A DNA stretch of 63,917 bases, the filler included, from Sanchytrium tribonematis (taxonomy: Eukaryota): assembly GCA_018985235.1 (NCBI GenBank). It is 11 parts of 11 records of this genome, joined end to end, with 100 filler letters (N's around TTAATTAATTAA, not from the genome) between each part and the next. Parts side by side here need not be neighbours in the genome. Positions count along the whole stretch, not along the records: positions 1 to 3,941 come from JADGIG010000776.1; positions 4,042 to 7,980 come from JADGIG010000777.1; positions 8,081 to 31,886 come from JADGIG010000076.1; 8 more parts are not named here. One strand, given 5' to 3'. The translations under genes were made by a program, and so were the position numbers. This document shows positions 1-11,429 of the stretch, in pieces; the first letter of the stretch is position 1; each line of letters begins with the position of its first letter. The notes beneath the pieces were generated by a model. That model searched no databases and was not told the origin of the DNA. It saw only the letters and a list, made by a program, of their open reading frames with translations.

Positions 1-622
1 GTTGAAAGAAAATTGTTTTCGTCGTGGTGGAGTTGTGACGCACCGTAGAGGGCTTCCAATCTGTCATAGACTGTGTATTATTAAATTCCAAGACACACTG
101 ACAACCTTCAGATATAAGTCTCGGCTTAATTTTCAGTATTTGAAACGATTTATACAACGAATAAATCAACAGCTTAAAATTGAATAATCGGTAACTAGTA
201 TTTTTCTTTGGATTTGTAATGCTTTTAATGCCGGTTTTTAAAATAGTGGCATTTAGTTTGACAATAAAAGAATTGATTTTGCCCATTGGAATTTCCACAA
301 TTCTTTCTTCACAAATCCTTCTCTCGTTTAACTTAATATGATCATATAATTGCCAATCCTCTTGAATGCCGTGGTTTAGGGTCTGTAGAATAAATTCAAA
401 CTTGTCATTTCTATGTTCTGTGGTGTTGGTGGTAGTTTTATTATTGTGATTATTATCTATCTCAAAATGAGATTTCTTTGTTAAAATCGAGTTATACTTT
501 AATTCAATATCTCGTAACCTTTCTAATTCTTTTTCCATATCCTTCATCTTATTTTCATTTTGAGTCATTCTCAAATGGGTCAAATAAGATAATCCGCAAT
601 ACTGACAAGATGTGGCCTCCAT
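1..622 (-). CDS. Coiled-coil protein with LEKR1-like N-terminal motif, 3'-truncated at window edge (not in ORF track)
   Basis: Manual translation from ATG at 622 gives MEATSCQYCGLSYLTHLRMTQNENKMKDMEKELERL..., with no stop before position 1. CxYCGxSYL followed by a coiled coil resembles the LEKR1 N-terminus (from memory). Confidence 0.55.
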   Translation of the reverse strand, partial: MEATSCQYCGLSYLTHLRMTQNENKMKDMEKELERLRDIELKYNSILTKKSHFEIDNNHNNKTTTNTTEHRNDKFEFILQTLNHGIQEDWQLYDHIKLNERRICEERIVEIPMGKINSFIVKLNATILKTGIKSITNPKKNTSYRLFNFKLLIYSLYKSFQILKIKPRLISEGCQCVLEFNNTQSMTDWKPSTVRHNSTTTKTIFFQ

Positions 623-645
623 GAAAATTAAAGGATATTTTTCTT

Positions 646-849
646 TTATTTTTTACTAATATCTCTCCCACTAAGAATATCATAGCTATTTCTGCTATAG
701 TATAGTTGTATCTTTCTTTCATAAATTTTGTCATAATTCTGCCGGTCTTCATTTCTGAGGTTATCACCGAGGGGTGATTCCAGATAACTCCCTGTAATAA
801 TGTCAAAGCCTCTTGGATTAGGAGCAAAGCCTCTAGAGTATGTCTTCAT
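646..849 (-). CDS. Small hypothetical protein (67 aa) with repeated [FY]DI[IL][TS]G motif
   Basis: ATG-initiated ORF filling the space between two genes, with internal motifs FDIITG and YDILSG. Confidence 0.4.
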   Translation of the reverse strand: MKTYSRGFAPNPRGFDIITGSYLESPLGDNLRNEDRQNYDKIYERKIQLYYSRNSYDILSGRDISKK

Positions 850-912
850 TCAACTCTTTTTGAAAACTTTTTCGACTGACCTTCAGAAAATAGGAGAACT
901 CCTGAGCACACA

Positions 913-3333
913 ATGAGTTATCCGAGATATGAGAGCGGGAAACATTTTGGAATTATTAGCGATAGCTTCTCCAATTCAGTGACTTACAAAAAATATATCA
1001 TTAGTTCAGGCGGATTTTGCTTAAAAATGTACAATTCAAATTCTGGAAACTATAGCGAGCGCGAATTTCAGGATATGATAAGCTGTTTGTCACTTTACAA
1101 AACTAAACTAGCTATAGGATTTATGAATGGAAAGGTGAAAGTCTTAGATATGGACCCCAAACTATCCAATATAAATGATTCGACAATAATTTACGAATCC
1201 TCAAGTCATATTCAAACAGTAAGGTCATTATGCATATTCGAGGATTTCGTTTGTTCTGCAGCTGCTAATGATATAATTGTACATCAATATCAATCGCAAA
1301 AAGTCTTGAAAAGATTAAAAGGCCACACTGATTTGGTTTCTAGCATGTTATGTTACAAAAACGAAAGCGATATCTATTTAGTATCAGCAAGTAAAGATAC
1401 TCTTCTTAAAATTTGGTCACTTTCTACATATGACTGCCTGGATACTGCAATTGGACATAGAGCAGAAGTATGGGACCTTTGTATCTCGTCACACCAAACT
1501 AAAGAAGACTTGCTTTACATTTTATCGGCAGGAAATGATGGAATCAATTATTGGAAATTTGATATGGGTTGCATTGGCAGATCTGAAAACAGTATTGCTT
1601 TGGAAGCAAAATTATCAAATTTAAAGACTACGGCTTTGGTGAAAAATGACAATTTAATTTTCACTGCAAGCAATCACAAATGCATTATTTATGACCTCAA
1701 AAAGAGAGCCAAAGATGGAGAAAAACATCCATTTAAGTTAGCTTCTGAGTCTATTCATGATTCAATCATTAAAAGTGTTGGAATTTTAACAACAGTCAAA
1801 GAAAAGGTAAAATATTTTGTATCAACGATATCTAATTCATTGGAAATTAACGAGCTTGATCTGGAGTCATATTTGTCCTCTAACATCATCAAAGCAGACA
1901 AAAAAGGGCATCGCCATGAAATTCGAAAATGTGTGATTTCTCAAGACGACACCATGATTGCTACTGCTTCTAAATCTGAGGTTTGTATATGGAATATTAA
2001 GGATCGAGGTAACCCCATATTTTACAGAAATATTGACGTCATGTTTACTCGAACTTTGATTTTTGTCCCTGGAAATCAATTTATTATTTTGGGCGATGAA
2101 AAAGGAAAAATTTTGGTAGTTGAAATAGATAATGACAATATGCAAGAGTTCAAAGGTCATTCGTCTGAGGTGTTCCAAATATCTCTTGTATCCGATAATA
2201 GCGGAATCATCACTTGTGGTGGCAATACTCTTAATCTTTATAAATTCAATCTCATAGAACGTACAGAAAGCACTACAGTACCTTTGCAGCTCGAGCATAT
2301 GAATATTGTCGAGCTCAATTCTAATGTCTATTGTTGTGCAATCAATGATTCATTTGTTGCAGTATCTTTATTTGATAATACTATTAGATTACTTTATAGA
2401 GACAGCTTGAAGCCTTATCTCACTCTTTATGGTCATAATTTACCTGCTCTAAGCCTTTATTTTATGAAAGATAGGCTGATTTCTGGATCAGCTGATAAAA
2501 CTGTAAGAGTTTGGTCTTTGGATTTTGGAGATTGTCGAAAGATACTCAAAATGCATCAAGACCGTATTCCAGAAGTGATGGAACTAAAACATGATGGATT
2601 TCTTGCTTCAGCCGAAGGACCCGTTACCACATGCATAAGTTGTGACAGAAAAGGCAATATTAATTACTGGGATGCTCAATCATACAAGGTTGTTCAAAGA
2701 TTTAAATGCCACCGAGGTGATGTCACCTCAATGGCAGCAGCAAATCACGGAGATTGGTTTGTTAGTGTCGGTAAAGATCGTCTAATCACGTTTTGGAATA
2801 GAACAGAAGACGAAGTCTTTTTACAAGAAGAACTTGATAAGGAACTTGATGAAAGAGTAGAAAAAGAGTTGACTATGACTGCATGTGATGGCAAAGCGGA
2901 CAGATCCACTGCTGCTATAAAGGCTGGAGAAAGGCTGTTAAACTCTATTGAGATGTATAAAAAGGGAATTGATCCATCGGATAATTCTGCAGATGTTGTG
3001 TTTGCTACGCTCAAAAAAACACCCACTCAGTACTTATTCGACGAGTTCGAGGATTGTAAACTTCCTGACCTTGAATCAGCATTGACTCTTCTCAAATTCG
3101 ATCAGCTAGACTCTATTTTTACATTCGTCGAAGACTGTCTGGACAGAAAATGGAACGTTGTTCTAGTAGCCAGAATTATTATTTTTGTCGTCAAAATGTA
3201 TCAAAAACAGCTTGTACGATTTGAAAATATGTCCTCTCGACTACAAACCATTAGCACAAAATTGAATCAAAACTTAAAAGAATACAGAGACCTTGTTGGA
3301 ATGAATCTAGCTGTGATGTCAATTAATAAATAA
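913..3333 (+). CDS. UTP12: WD40-repeat SSU processome protein Utp12/Dip2 (WDR3)
   Basis: Many GH...WD repeats; LYGHNLPA...ISGSADKTVRVWSLDFGDCRK; C-terminal AGERL... and MNLA motifs of the Utp12 domain. Confidence 0.9.
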   Translation: MSYPRYESGKHFGIISDSFSNSVTYKKYIISSGGFCLKMYNSNSGNYSEREFQDMISCLSLYKTKLAIGFMNGKVKVLDMDPKLSNINDSTIIYESSSHIQTVRSLCIFEDFVCSAAANDIIVHQYQSQKVLKRLKGHTDLVSSMLCYKNESDIYLVSASKDTLLKIWSLSTYDCLDTAIGHRAEVWDLCISSHQTKEDLLYILSAGNDGINYWKFDMGCIGRSENSIALEAKLSNLKTTALVKNDNLIFTASNHKCIIYDLKKRAKDGEKHPFKLASESIHDSIIKSVGILTTVKEKVKYFVSTISNSLEINELDLESYLSSNIIKADKKGHRHEIRKCVISQDDTMIATASKSEVCIWNIKDRGNPIFYRNIDVMFTRTLIFVPGNQFIILGDEKGKILVVEIDNDNMQEFKGHSSEVFQISLVSDNSGIITCGGNTLNLYKFNLIERTESTTVPLQLEHMNIVELNSNVYCCAINDSFVAVSLFDNTIRLLYRDSLKPYLTLYGHNLPALSLYFMKDRLISGSADKTVRVWSLDFGDCRKILKMHQDRIPEVMELKHDGFLASAEGPVTTCISCDRKGNINYWDAQSYKVVQRFKCHRGDVTSMAAANHGDWFVSVGKDRLITFWNRTEDEVFLQEELDKELDERVEKELTMTACDGKADRSTAAIKAGERLLNSIEMYKKGIDPSDNSADVVFATLKKTPTQYLFDEFEDCKLPDLESALTLLKFDQLDSIFTFVEDCLDRKWNVVLVARIIIFVVKMYQKQLVRFENMSSRLQTISTKLNQNLKEYRDLVGMNLAVMSINK

Positions 3334-3339
3334 TTTACT

Positions 3340-3941
3340 TTATATCCATTCCCTTGGAAATTTTAAGACTTCAACTAATTCTGAAGCAAAGGCAGGAGGA
3401 TCATGCATGTATTCCCAACTACTGGTTAATGGTAAACTCATTAGAATGCTTTCGATTCTAGCACCTGGAGTATATAGACCAAACTTAGTACCTCTGTCAT
3501 AAACTAAATTGAACTCTACATATCTGCCTCTTCTAATTTGCTGCCATTCCTTTTCTTCTGAAGTGAATACAATATTAATTCGTTTAAGTAAAATTGGAAC
3601 ATAAGAAGGCAAAAAAGCATTTCCGCATCTTTTTACAAACTCAAAAATATCCTCCTTAGATTTACCAGATATCCTCGGTGTAGTGTCAAGCCATTCATTT
3701 GGGCTTAAGTCATCAAAAAATATGCCACCTACACCACGACTTTCTTCCCTATGAGTGATGTAAAAATATTTATCACACCAATTTTTAAAGGCTGGATAAT
3801 ATTCTAAATCAGTAGTGTCGCATGCATCTTTCAAAATGCTGTGGAAATGTTTGCAATCTTCCGAGTATAAGATAGACGGTGTTAGGTCACAACCACCTCC
3901 AAACCAAAATTGGGGTTCATTGTCGTTTTTTTCTTCAATCA
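3340..3941 (-). CDS. HEM13: Coproporphyrinogen III oxidase, 5'-truncated by contig end
   Basis: [41 protein letters not shown] and [10 protein letters not shown] motifs; frame is open to the linker. Confidence 0.96.
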
Positions 3942-4041
3942 NNNNNNNNNNNNNNNNNNNNNNNNNNNNNNNNNNNNNNNNNNNNTTAATTAATTAANNN
4001 NNNNNNNNNNNNNNNNNNNNNNNNNNNNNNNNNNNNNNNNN
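3942..4041. other. Artificial contig linker (N44-TTAATTAATTAA-N44). Same linker at 7981-8080, 31887-31986, 35923-36022, 39942-40041, 43948-44047, 47954-48053, 51953-52052, 55949-56048 and 59944-60043
   Basis: Identical 100-nt spacer with stops in all six frames, present ten times. Confidence 0.99.
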
Positions 4042-4193
4042 TCAAGATTGCTGAGCTTGAATCAGTCCCTAAGATTACCAAGCCTGAGACAACGAAAAGA
4101 ATCATGCGGCTGCAAACGTTATTTAAATTACAGAAAAGAGCTGATAAACTGTACACCAAAATGAAGAAGAGTTCTAGAAAAGTTGACTTTTAA
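4042..4193 (+). CDS. C-terminal fragment of an unknown basic protein
   Basis: Open frame KIAELESVPK...SSRKVDF* from contig start. Confidence 0.35.
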
Positions 4194-4285
4194 GTTCAAT
4201 CTAAATAATAGCGTGTATCATTCAGATGTCATCGTAGGATTCGTAAATTGCCTTACCATCATAAATCGAAATCTATTGATATTTA

Positions 4286-4534
4286 TTATCCTTGTAATTT
4301 TTTGACAAGTTCAATGTACTTTTTTTGTGCATCGTCTTTACCAGTTCCCTTTAACTTTGACCAAGCATCCCATTTGGCTTTTCCAGTCATATCAAACATA
4401 CCCGGTCTTTCAGTGTTTACGTCTCCAACTGTGCCTTGCTTATACAAGCTGTACAAATCAAGAAGCGTGTTGCTATCTGGCTTAGTTGCAAGAGACTTAA
4501 CGTCTTCGGCTGCCTTTAAAAATTCTTGTTCCAT
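4286..4534 (-). CDS. ACB1: Acyl-CoA-binding protein
   Basis: [15 protein letters not shown]...[19 protein letters not shown] signature. Confidence 0.96.
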   Translation of the reverse strand: MEQEFLKAAEDVKSLATKPDSNTLLDLYSLYKQGTVGDVNTERPGMFDMTGKAKWDAWSKLKGTGKDDAQKKYIELVKKLQG

Positions 4535-4579
4535 GGGGAAAATGCTTTAAATTTTTTTTGAAATATTGAAATGGAATAT

Positions 4580-5173
4580 TTATTTCATGGCATCCTCAGC
4601 TTCCTTCAATTCCTCTTTGCTTGGGAACGGAATCATCAAATCTCTCAACTTATCAATAGGTGCTGCCAATAACCCTAATGCTGTCTCAATTGTCACGCTG
4701 TCCTCTGGGAATTTTGGATGGTTATGGGTTGGTGCAATAGCTTTTCTAAATTCAAATGCTTTACCGGCAGCTTCCAATTCATCGGGAGTAATCTTTTCCT
4801 TCAATAACGGTAAATCCTCCTTCTCTTCGTTGTCCAAATGCTCAACCAAGTCTTTCATCAAAACGTTGATTTCATCTTTCTGCAACGTGTTTTTAATCTT
4901 GTCCAAATCCAATTTCAACTGGTGGTGTTCCTTTTGTCCTTGTTTCGCCAATTCTTTTCCACGTTCGCCCAATTGCTCTAATAAAGGATAAACAACGATT
5001 TCCTCACCAACATGATGTCTTGTCAATTCCCATACAAATTGATTAAACCATTTGTCGTATCCTGTTTCCAAAAACTTGTCTTTATAAGTTCTTAGCTCCA
5101 TATGATCATCAAGAATTTTCTCAATTAAACTCATTGTTCGTCTCAAGTGCAATCTTCTGATTAAATTAATCAT
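4580..5173 (-). CDS. Hemerythrin (HHE cation-binding) domain protein; start at ATG 5173 or 5134
   Basis: DDH, HHVGEEIVVYP, EHH, EHLDNEEKEDLP and APTHNHP motifs typical of the fungal/actinobacterial HHE family. Confidence 0.85.
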   Translation of the reverse strand: MINLIRRLHLRRTMSLIEKILDDHMELRTYKDKFLETGYDKWFNQFVWELTRHHVGEEIVVYPLLEQLGERGKELAKQGQKEHHQLKLDLDKIKNTLQKDEINVLMKDLVEHLDNEEKEDLPLLKEKITPDELEAAGKAFEFRKAIAPTHNHPKFPEDSVTIETALGLLAAPIDKLRDLMIPFPSKEELKEAEDAMK

Positions 5174-5309
5174 TGGCACAATGTGGCCTTTTAAATTCTT
5201 ATAGTCTAATATCTCATATTGCAATGTGGCCCAATTGTGTGGAATTTAATTATAAACTAAAAGATGCACACGTATTAAAAATAAATTCTATAATTTTGTT
5301 ATATTTATT

Positions 5310-6800
5310 TTATAATCCAAATATTCGAGCCATCATGTTGCCTTGTGCGCCCATAATTTGTCTGTCTAGGGTGTACACATGCATCATCATGCCATTACTT
5401 ATTATAAATACGAGGTATTCTGCTAATCCCATCGGGCCAGCTGCTTTACTTCTTGTTCTGAATAATTGATGCAATGTTTCCAAAGTTCTTGGCAACATAT
5501 ACAACATCAATTCCATTCTTCTATATTGGTTTTCTAACAAGAGCGAGAATCCACTTAAAAAGCCATTAGCTACGTAAAAATAATGCTGTTCTTTTCCTGT
5601 AATTAATCTCAACATGCAAGGCACTGAAAATGTAATAGTGCATAAAGTGGTTAAAAATAAGGATGATCTCAAACTATTAAAAACAGAGTATTTGAATTGC
5701 TTGACTATCTTTGAAAATGAAAACTTAAATAATACTAAATGAATCATATTTAATGGAAAATACAATTGAATGCATTTATAATAAATTCCCATAAAATATT
5801 TGACATAATAATAAACATGAGACTGATTTGGATGCATTTCTTGACAAACAAGTGCAGGAGGTGTATTATGAAGTGCATTGTGCTTGATTAAACTCATTAA
5901 ATCTAGGGAATCTTTCAATTTTAAATCTTTTGTTGCATATGCTTTGTTATATTCCTTGATCATCTCTGGAGTCCCACAAATGTGAAATAAAAATTGCCTG
6001 TAACTACGTGGAAGCACTTTTGGATTGAATACGATATTGTATAATATGATGCATGTGTTGATTGAAAATATCCACGTCGTCGTGTTGTTTTTGATAAAAT
6101 CTACAATCGAAGTTTTCATCTTTTTAAAAGTCAATTTGTTTTGTTCTGCATGATCTTCTACTGTGGGTGTAAATGAATCATATAAATCGAATGTGGGAGA
6201 ATTTTCACTTGATTTTAGTAAGTAATGTAAAGATTGATAACAACTTCTGGATGTTATAAAATACATGACTTGATATCTTCTATTGGTATTAGAATCAAGT
6301 AAAATGGTGAGAGAAGATAAAATACCACTAAATAATGATGGAGCGTATGATAAAATTGATTTAGATTTTTGAATTATTGTTTTTGGATTCTCCTCTGAAG
6401 ATATATTTGTAAATAAGCATTTAAAACTTTTGTATGCCGTAATATAGGTTGACATGAAAAGGGTAAAGACAAGGGTATCCTTGGACGGTCTAAGAATTCC
6501 TGATAGTAATCCATATAGGATATTAAGAAATTTGTTGGATGTAGATTTGTGCTTAAAACTAAGACTAAATACGCTGAGGAGATGCTTGATTAAGAATGTG
6601 ACAAATACACTTCTAGTGAATGATCTGATGGCATGTACGTTACAAGAAAGATCATGTTGGCATTTGTTCTTGTTGCTGATCTGATTTGGTCTTTTCAAAT
6701 GCTTTTGGATTGAGTTGAGTCTGTGGATAACATGCTCGGTTTCCTTATTGGTGAGATATCTTGATAATAGATGCGCAATCGACTCAAGATAGGAGGACAT
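5310..6800 (-). CDS. TMEM135-family membrane protein
   Basis: CQEMHP...LYFPL...RSSLFL...GFLSGFSLLLENQYRRMELMLYMLPRTLE C-terminal signature. Confidence 0.85.
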   Translation of the reverse strand: MSSYLESIAHLLSRYLTNKETEHVIHRLNSIQKHLKRPNQISNKNKCQHDLSCNVHAIRSFTRSVFVTFLIKHLLSVFSLSFKHKSTSNKFLNILYGLLSGILRPSKDTLVFTLFMSTYITAYKSFKCLFTNISSEENPKTIIQKSKSILSYAPSLFSGILSSLTILLDSNTNRRYQVMYFITSRSCYQSLHYLLKSSENSPTFDLYDSFTPTVEDHAEQNKLTFKKMKTSIVDFIKNNTTTWIFSINTCIILYNIVFNPKVLPRSYRQFLFHICGTPEMIKEYNKAYATKDLKLKDSLDLMSLIKHNALHNTPPALVCQEMHPNQSHVYYYVKYFMGIYYKCIQLYFPLNMIHLVLFKFSFSKIVKQFKYSVFNSLRSSLFLTTLCTITFSVPCMLRLITGKEQHYFYVANGFLSGFSLLLENQYRRMELMLYMLPRTLETLHQLFRTRSKAAGPMGLAEYLVFIISNGMMMHVYTLDRQIMGAQGNMMARIFGL

Positions 6801-6976
6801 TTTAGGGTCGTGTTTGAAAAATTGTTAAATATTATTTTACACCACTCTAAGGAGTATGGCTTTTTAGTGTAGTTATAATTAACGGACCAGTTCCTGTTGT
6901 CAGCTAATATCGCTTTGAATCAATATTTACCAGCCATTTTAGTGAATTTCCACACTGTTCTACTTAAAGGGGTGAA

Positions 6977-7980
6977 ATGTTGGAGATTGACTTTGAAAGA
7001 TTTGAGAAAGCTCTGTTGGCTTTACCATCACATTATAATTTTGAGTTACTCAAATCTATTGAACACATTCAAAAGTTTAGTTGCAAAAGAGTTGTATTGC
7101 AATTTCCTGAAGGACTATTATTGTACGCTCAAACGATCTGTCAAATTATTGAAGATTTTACATATAGTGATTGTATTATATTAGGAGATGTAACTTATGG
7201 TGCTTGTTGTATTGAAGATGTTAAATGTAAATTGATCAATGCAGATTTATTGATTCATTATGGACATTCATGCTTGGTGCCCATTCAAGATACAGTTTGC
7301 AAAGTTTTATATGTATTTGTGACAATTGAAATTAATAACAATCACTTACTCGAGAGCATCACTGTAAATTTCGATCAATCTCAGCATTTGGTGTTAATGG
7401 GTACTGTCCAGTTTATTAATGCTGTTCATTTCGCACATAATGAACTGAAAAAATTAGACTATTCCACAGAACTCCCACAAAGTAGACCACTTTCTAAAGG
7501 AGAGGTTCTTGGCTGCACAAGTCCTAAAATTAAAGAGGGCACGGTTATATTTGTGGCTGATGGCAGATTTCATTTAGAAAGCGTTATGATTCAAAATCCA
7601 CATTTAAATTTTTATAGATATGACCCATTTACTAAATTAATATCTCATGAGCAATACGAAATTAATAAAATGAAGCAGATAAGACAGCGTGCTATGACAG
7701 TTGCCAAGAAAGCTAAAAAATGGGGCATTATTCAAGGAACATTAGGAAGGCAGGGAAATCCCTATGTTGTAGATGAATTAAGAAAGAAATGCAAAGACAA
7801 CGGAATTGAGACTACTTTGTTTATGATGAGCGAAATTGATTTGACAGTTCTTGAATCATGTAAAATTGACGCATTTGTACAAATAAGTTGTCCTAGACTA
7901 TCAGTCGATTGGGCTCACGAAAGCAAAATACCACTGTTGAATACATTTGAAGCTTATAATGTCTTGGAAAACAATTTTGA
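6977..7980 (+). CDS. DPH1: Diphthamide biosynthesis protein Dph1, 3'-truncated
   Basis: LQFPEGLL, GDVTYGACCIED, HYGHSCLVP, GEVLGCTSP, GTLGRQG and CPRLSVDW motifs. Confidence 0.95.
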
Positions 7981-8080
7981 NNNNNNNNNNNNNNNNNNNN
8001 NNNNNNNNNNNNNNNNNNNNNNNNTTAATTAATTAANNNNNNNNNNNNNNNNNNNNNNNNNNNNNNNNNNNNNNNNNNNN

Positions 8081-10330
8081 AACAAAGTTGCAAGATTTAT
8101 CTTTTGTACTTTAAATAAATAGAAGTCATTTAACATCATTTCTAAGGGACTTAGCGTAATTCGATTGTCCAAATGTGATTTTTTACATTCAATACGGCTG
8201 AACTGAGCATGATAATCTGCTAGTTTGTTAAACATATTATGATAATGGGCTTTAGTTTTATGAATTTCAAAGTACGTTAATTCATCTCTTACCATTGAGA
8301 ATATATCTTGATGGGCGATTATTTGTTTACAAGGAAACTCGTTTGTTTTTCTTTCTTTTTCCCTTGAAACAATGTCAACACTGCTTTGACTGTCTGTAAT
8401 CCATATCCATCTTTCATATTGGGAAAATATTGGATCATCTTGGGCAACAAGATATGCCAAAGAACAGAATGCCAGTAATTCTAAGCGAGCTATAAATTAA
8501 CCTGGTCTACATCCATAGTTTTTTACAGTTTTTACAATATTTCTAGCGACAAATACTACTGAAATCCCACTATATCCATCTTCATCTAACGATGCATTTG
8601 TGTAGCATCGTAATGCTCCAGCACCATACGAATCAGAATCTTTATCAATAAAATGATGGTCACGATTAAATTCTGGAAGCAAATCTATTGATTTGTTGTT
8701 GCTTTTTATTGATGACGCTACTGTATCTCTAAATTCCTACTTGATTGAGTTAATAGGAAGCATCTTTTGTAGCTTTTCCGTCCAATTGATTTGATTTGGT
8801 TGGTTTATGACTTTTGTAGTATTTTTTGTGATCAATACGCTTTTAGAATCGCTAAAAATCAGATCAGCGGGTGCAAAGGACTGTTTAATAAAGTCTACTG
8901 TATGCCCAATGTCCATTTCAGAATTGAGAACGAAGTTGCTATCGTCACTAAAGAATACACTCAATAAGTCGCTCGGAAACGGTTGAATAAGTGAATAGTA
9001 TGGGACTAAAGCATAAGCCCTGTGGAATTCTATTTGCTGTGGTTTGAACATCACTTAGGGTACTAAAGATTTTTAATTGAAATGATACATCTAAAAGATC
9101 ATAGATGAGACCCACTAAAACAGCATCATCAAACTCTTCTGCTAGTTGTATAAGAATGAAGTGTTGTGATAAGTGGTCAAAGGCCTTGGTAATGTCTGCA
9201 CAAAAGAGAATAATGGGTGAAGTGCTGTTTTCTTTTAAAGTTTGTATGTGGTCAATAATCTTAGAGATTGCATTATGAATTGAATGGTGTTTGCGGTAAG
9301 CATACTGAATGCCGTCTGGTTTATTAATTAGTTCCCCTAAGCTTTCAATAAAGGTTCTTTCAAATAATTTCTTTAAATTGGCACTAAGTGCCAAACCACG
9401 ATAATTAAGTATATTTCCAGGGTCATCTTGCTTGTGTAATGGGTGAAGTAATATTAAATTGAATTGTGAGGGTGTGATACCTTTTAGAATGAGTAGTTTA
9501 AAGTAATCGTAAATAAGACGCAAAAATTTAGTGGGATAATGTTTAATCAGCTCATTGGGAATCCCGTCAGGACCGGGGCTCTTTTTATTAGGTAAATGAT
9601 GAGTAATCGAACGAAATTCTTCGAATGAACAAATGCAAAGCAGATGCTTTATTTGACATTTATTTGTGTAATATGACTTGGATTTTACAGGATCGCTATG
9701 AGAAACATTTGATCGTGTAGCAAATGATGCTGCATGCTCATTAATATCCTAAGTAGGTTATATTGATCAAATCACTTCGTAATTGAATGACTCTTTACAT
9801 TCTGCCTTTAAATGAACCTGCCAATCGAGCCAAAGTCGATTCACCAAAACCTATCAACTCTTTCATGAACAAATCTTCCAACTCATTTATATCACTAGGA
9901 AGATCTAACTTAGTAAGATTGTTTTGAATCAACGCTCAAACAAATTCGATGGGATTGTGGTCAGGGATTTCGGGTTGGCTACTTCAAAACGTCAATTCCA
10001 CTAAAACCAAACCAGGCAGATGTTGTTCTAGCTCGATGAGGGGGTCTATTATCTTGCATAAAAATGGGGTGAAAACTCTTTCTCGATTTGACAATTTCGG
10101 GTAACTGGATACTTTAAAGTATTTCCTGATATACTAATGCATTCATGCGGTCATCAACAGTAACTAACGGGTTTTTACCGTGTTTTGAAAAACATCCCCA
10201 GAACATGGCACCATCCTTTAACTTCTGGGATCTCGCAAGATACAAAGACGTATACCAGCAATTTAATAGCCATTTTAATCTCATTATTTTGAAAATTGCT
10301 TATAAACGATCAACAATGTGTTTATGAACT
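8081..10330 (-). mobile_element. Degenerate non-LTR retrotransposon (RT plus C-terminal RNase H, with decayed upstream region)
   Basis: KSPGPDGIP, NYRGLAL, QYAY, DITKAFD and PQG..SPILF RT motifs at 8948-9620. RNase H motifs YT(N)AS...ELLA...TDSQ...KAH...NKLAD at 8081-8700. Stops and frameshifts throughout; the 5' boundary is approximate. Confidence 0.85.
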
Positions 10331-10568
10331 TAGTTGTTTTTATCAGATCTGTTTGTTATGTAAATTATGCCGTTGCATCAAATCAGTCATTTAACTGAGA
10401 CTGTCATGGATGACATTAACGACGACGATAATGTCGTTAATTACGTCGACACAATTGATTAGAATGATACAATTGTTTATTGGAGAAATTGTGACACACA
10501 GTTACTTGCACCATCTATTTAAGGAGACTCGATATTAATAAATACCTTGCCTTTAGCTCATTCTTGTC

Positions 10569-11420
10569 ATGTTGAATTCAACCCGCGGAAAAGAAATCAA
10601 AGCGAAAAAGTTTACCACCTTTAAAGTGAAAAATGGAAAGGTCGAAATTGAGACATTTGATGGAAGCAATTCATGGGATCTTCCAGCATTTATTATGGAA
10701 TTTGAAATGTATGCTAATGCACTCGGCTGGAACTCAGGTGATGCGAGAATTACTGATTTGCCTACCAATTTTCTATTGTGTATCAAAGGACATGCCCGTA
10801 AGGCAGTGCATTTAGCAAGAATTTGGGAAAATTATACACATACTTCACAGATTAAAGTAACTAGTGAAGATGGTGAAAAAGGTTTACAAGATCAAGTTCA
10901 CACTTTCAAACGCGTCTCTTATTCTCAAGCCAAAGTAGCTCTTGTTGACAAATACTTGACCAAAAGTATGTATTTAGAGTTGTATCGATGTTGTTCAACT
11001 ATGAGAATGAAGATTCAAACTGTGAATAGTTATGAACGGTATGCATTTGAAATGTTTGAGGCATTGGACTCATTTGACAAGTTATTGAAACACAAAGAAG
11101 AATTGAAAAATGAGAATACAAAAAGAATCAGTGTAATTCAAGAGAGTTTACGCAATGCCTTTATCAATGGATTACCTGACTACATTAAGGACCAACTGAC
11201 GTTAAATTTGCCACCCAAATTTAAGGATATTATTTCCATGGCCAAAAAGATTCAAGACAATATTGGCGACTCAAAAAACAAAGATCAACCAAAACAATAC
11301 AATATGGAGAAACAAACCTTTAGAAAAACAAAAGAAAAAACAGAAAAACCAAAAAAAATCGATGAAAAACCAAAATGCTATTATTGCAAGAAGTAGGGAC
11401 ACCTGAAAAGAAAAGAATAG
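10569..11420 (+). mobile_element. Retrotransposon gag remnant
   Basis: FDGS...FIMEFEMYA...W capsid start, FINGLP motif, and a zinc knuckle CYYCKK*GH broken by TAG. Confidence 0.75.
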
Positions 11421-11429
11421 AAGATTTAT

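Noticed and set aside
643..656. Possible 14-nt intron (GTAAAAAATAAAAG) joining ORF 646-849 to ORF 1-622 in frame
   Set aside because: It lacks the TAG acceptor and -6 A of the supported introns, a frame match has a 1-in-3 chance, and there is no homology support.
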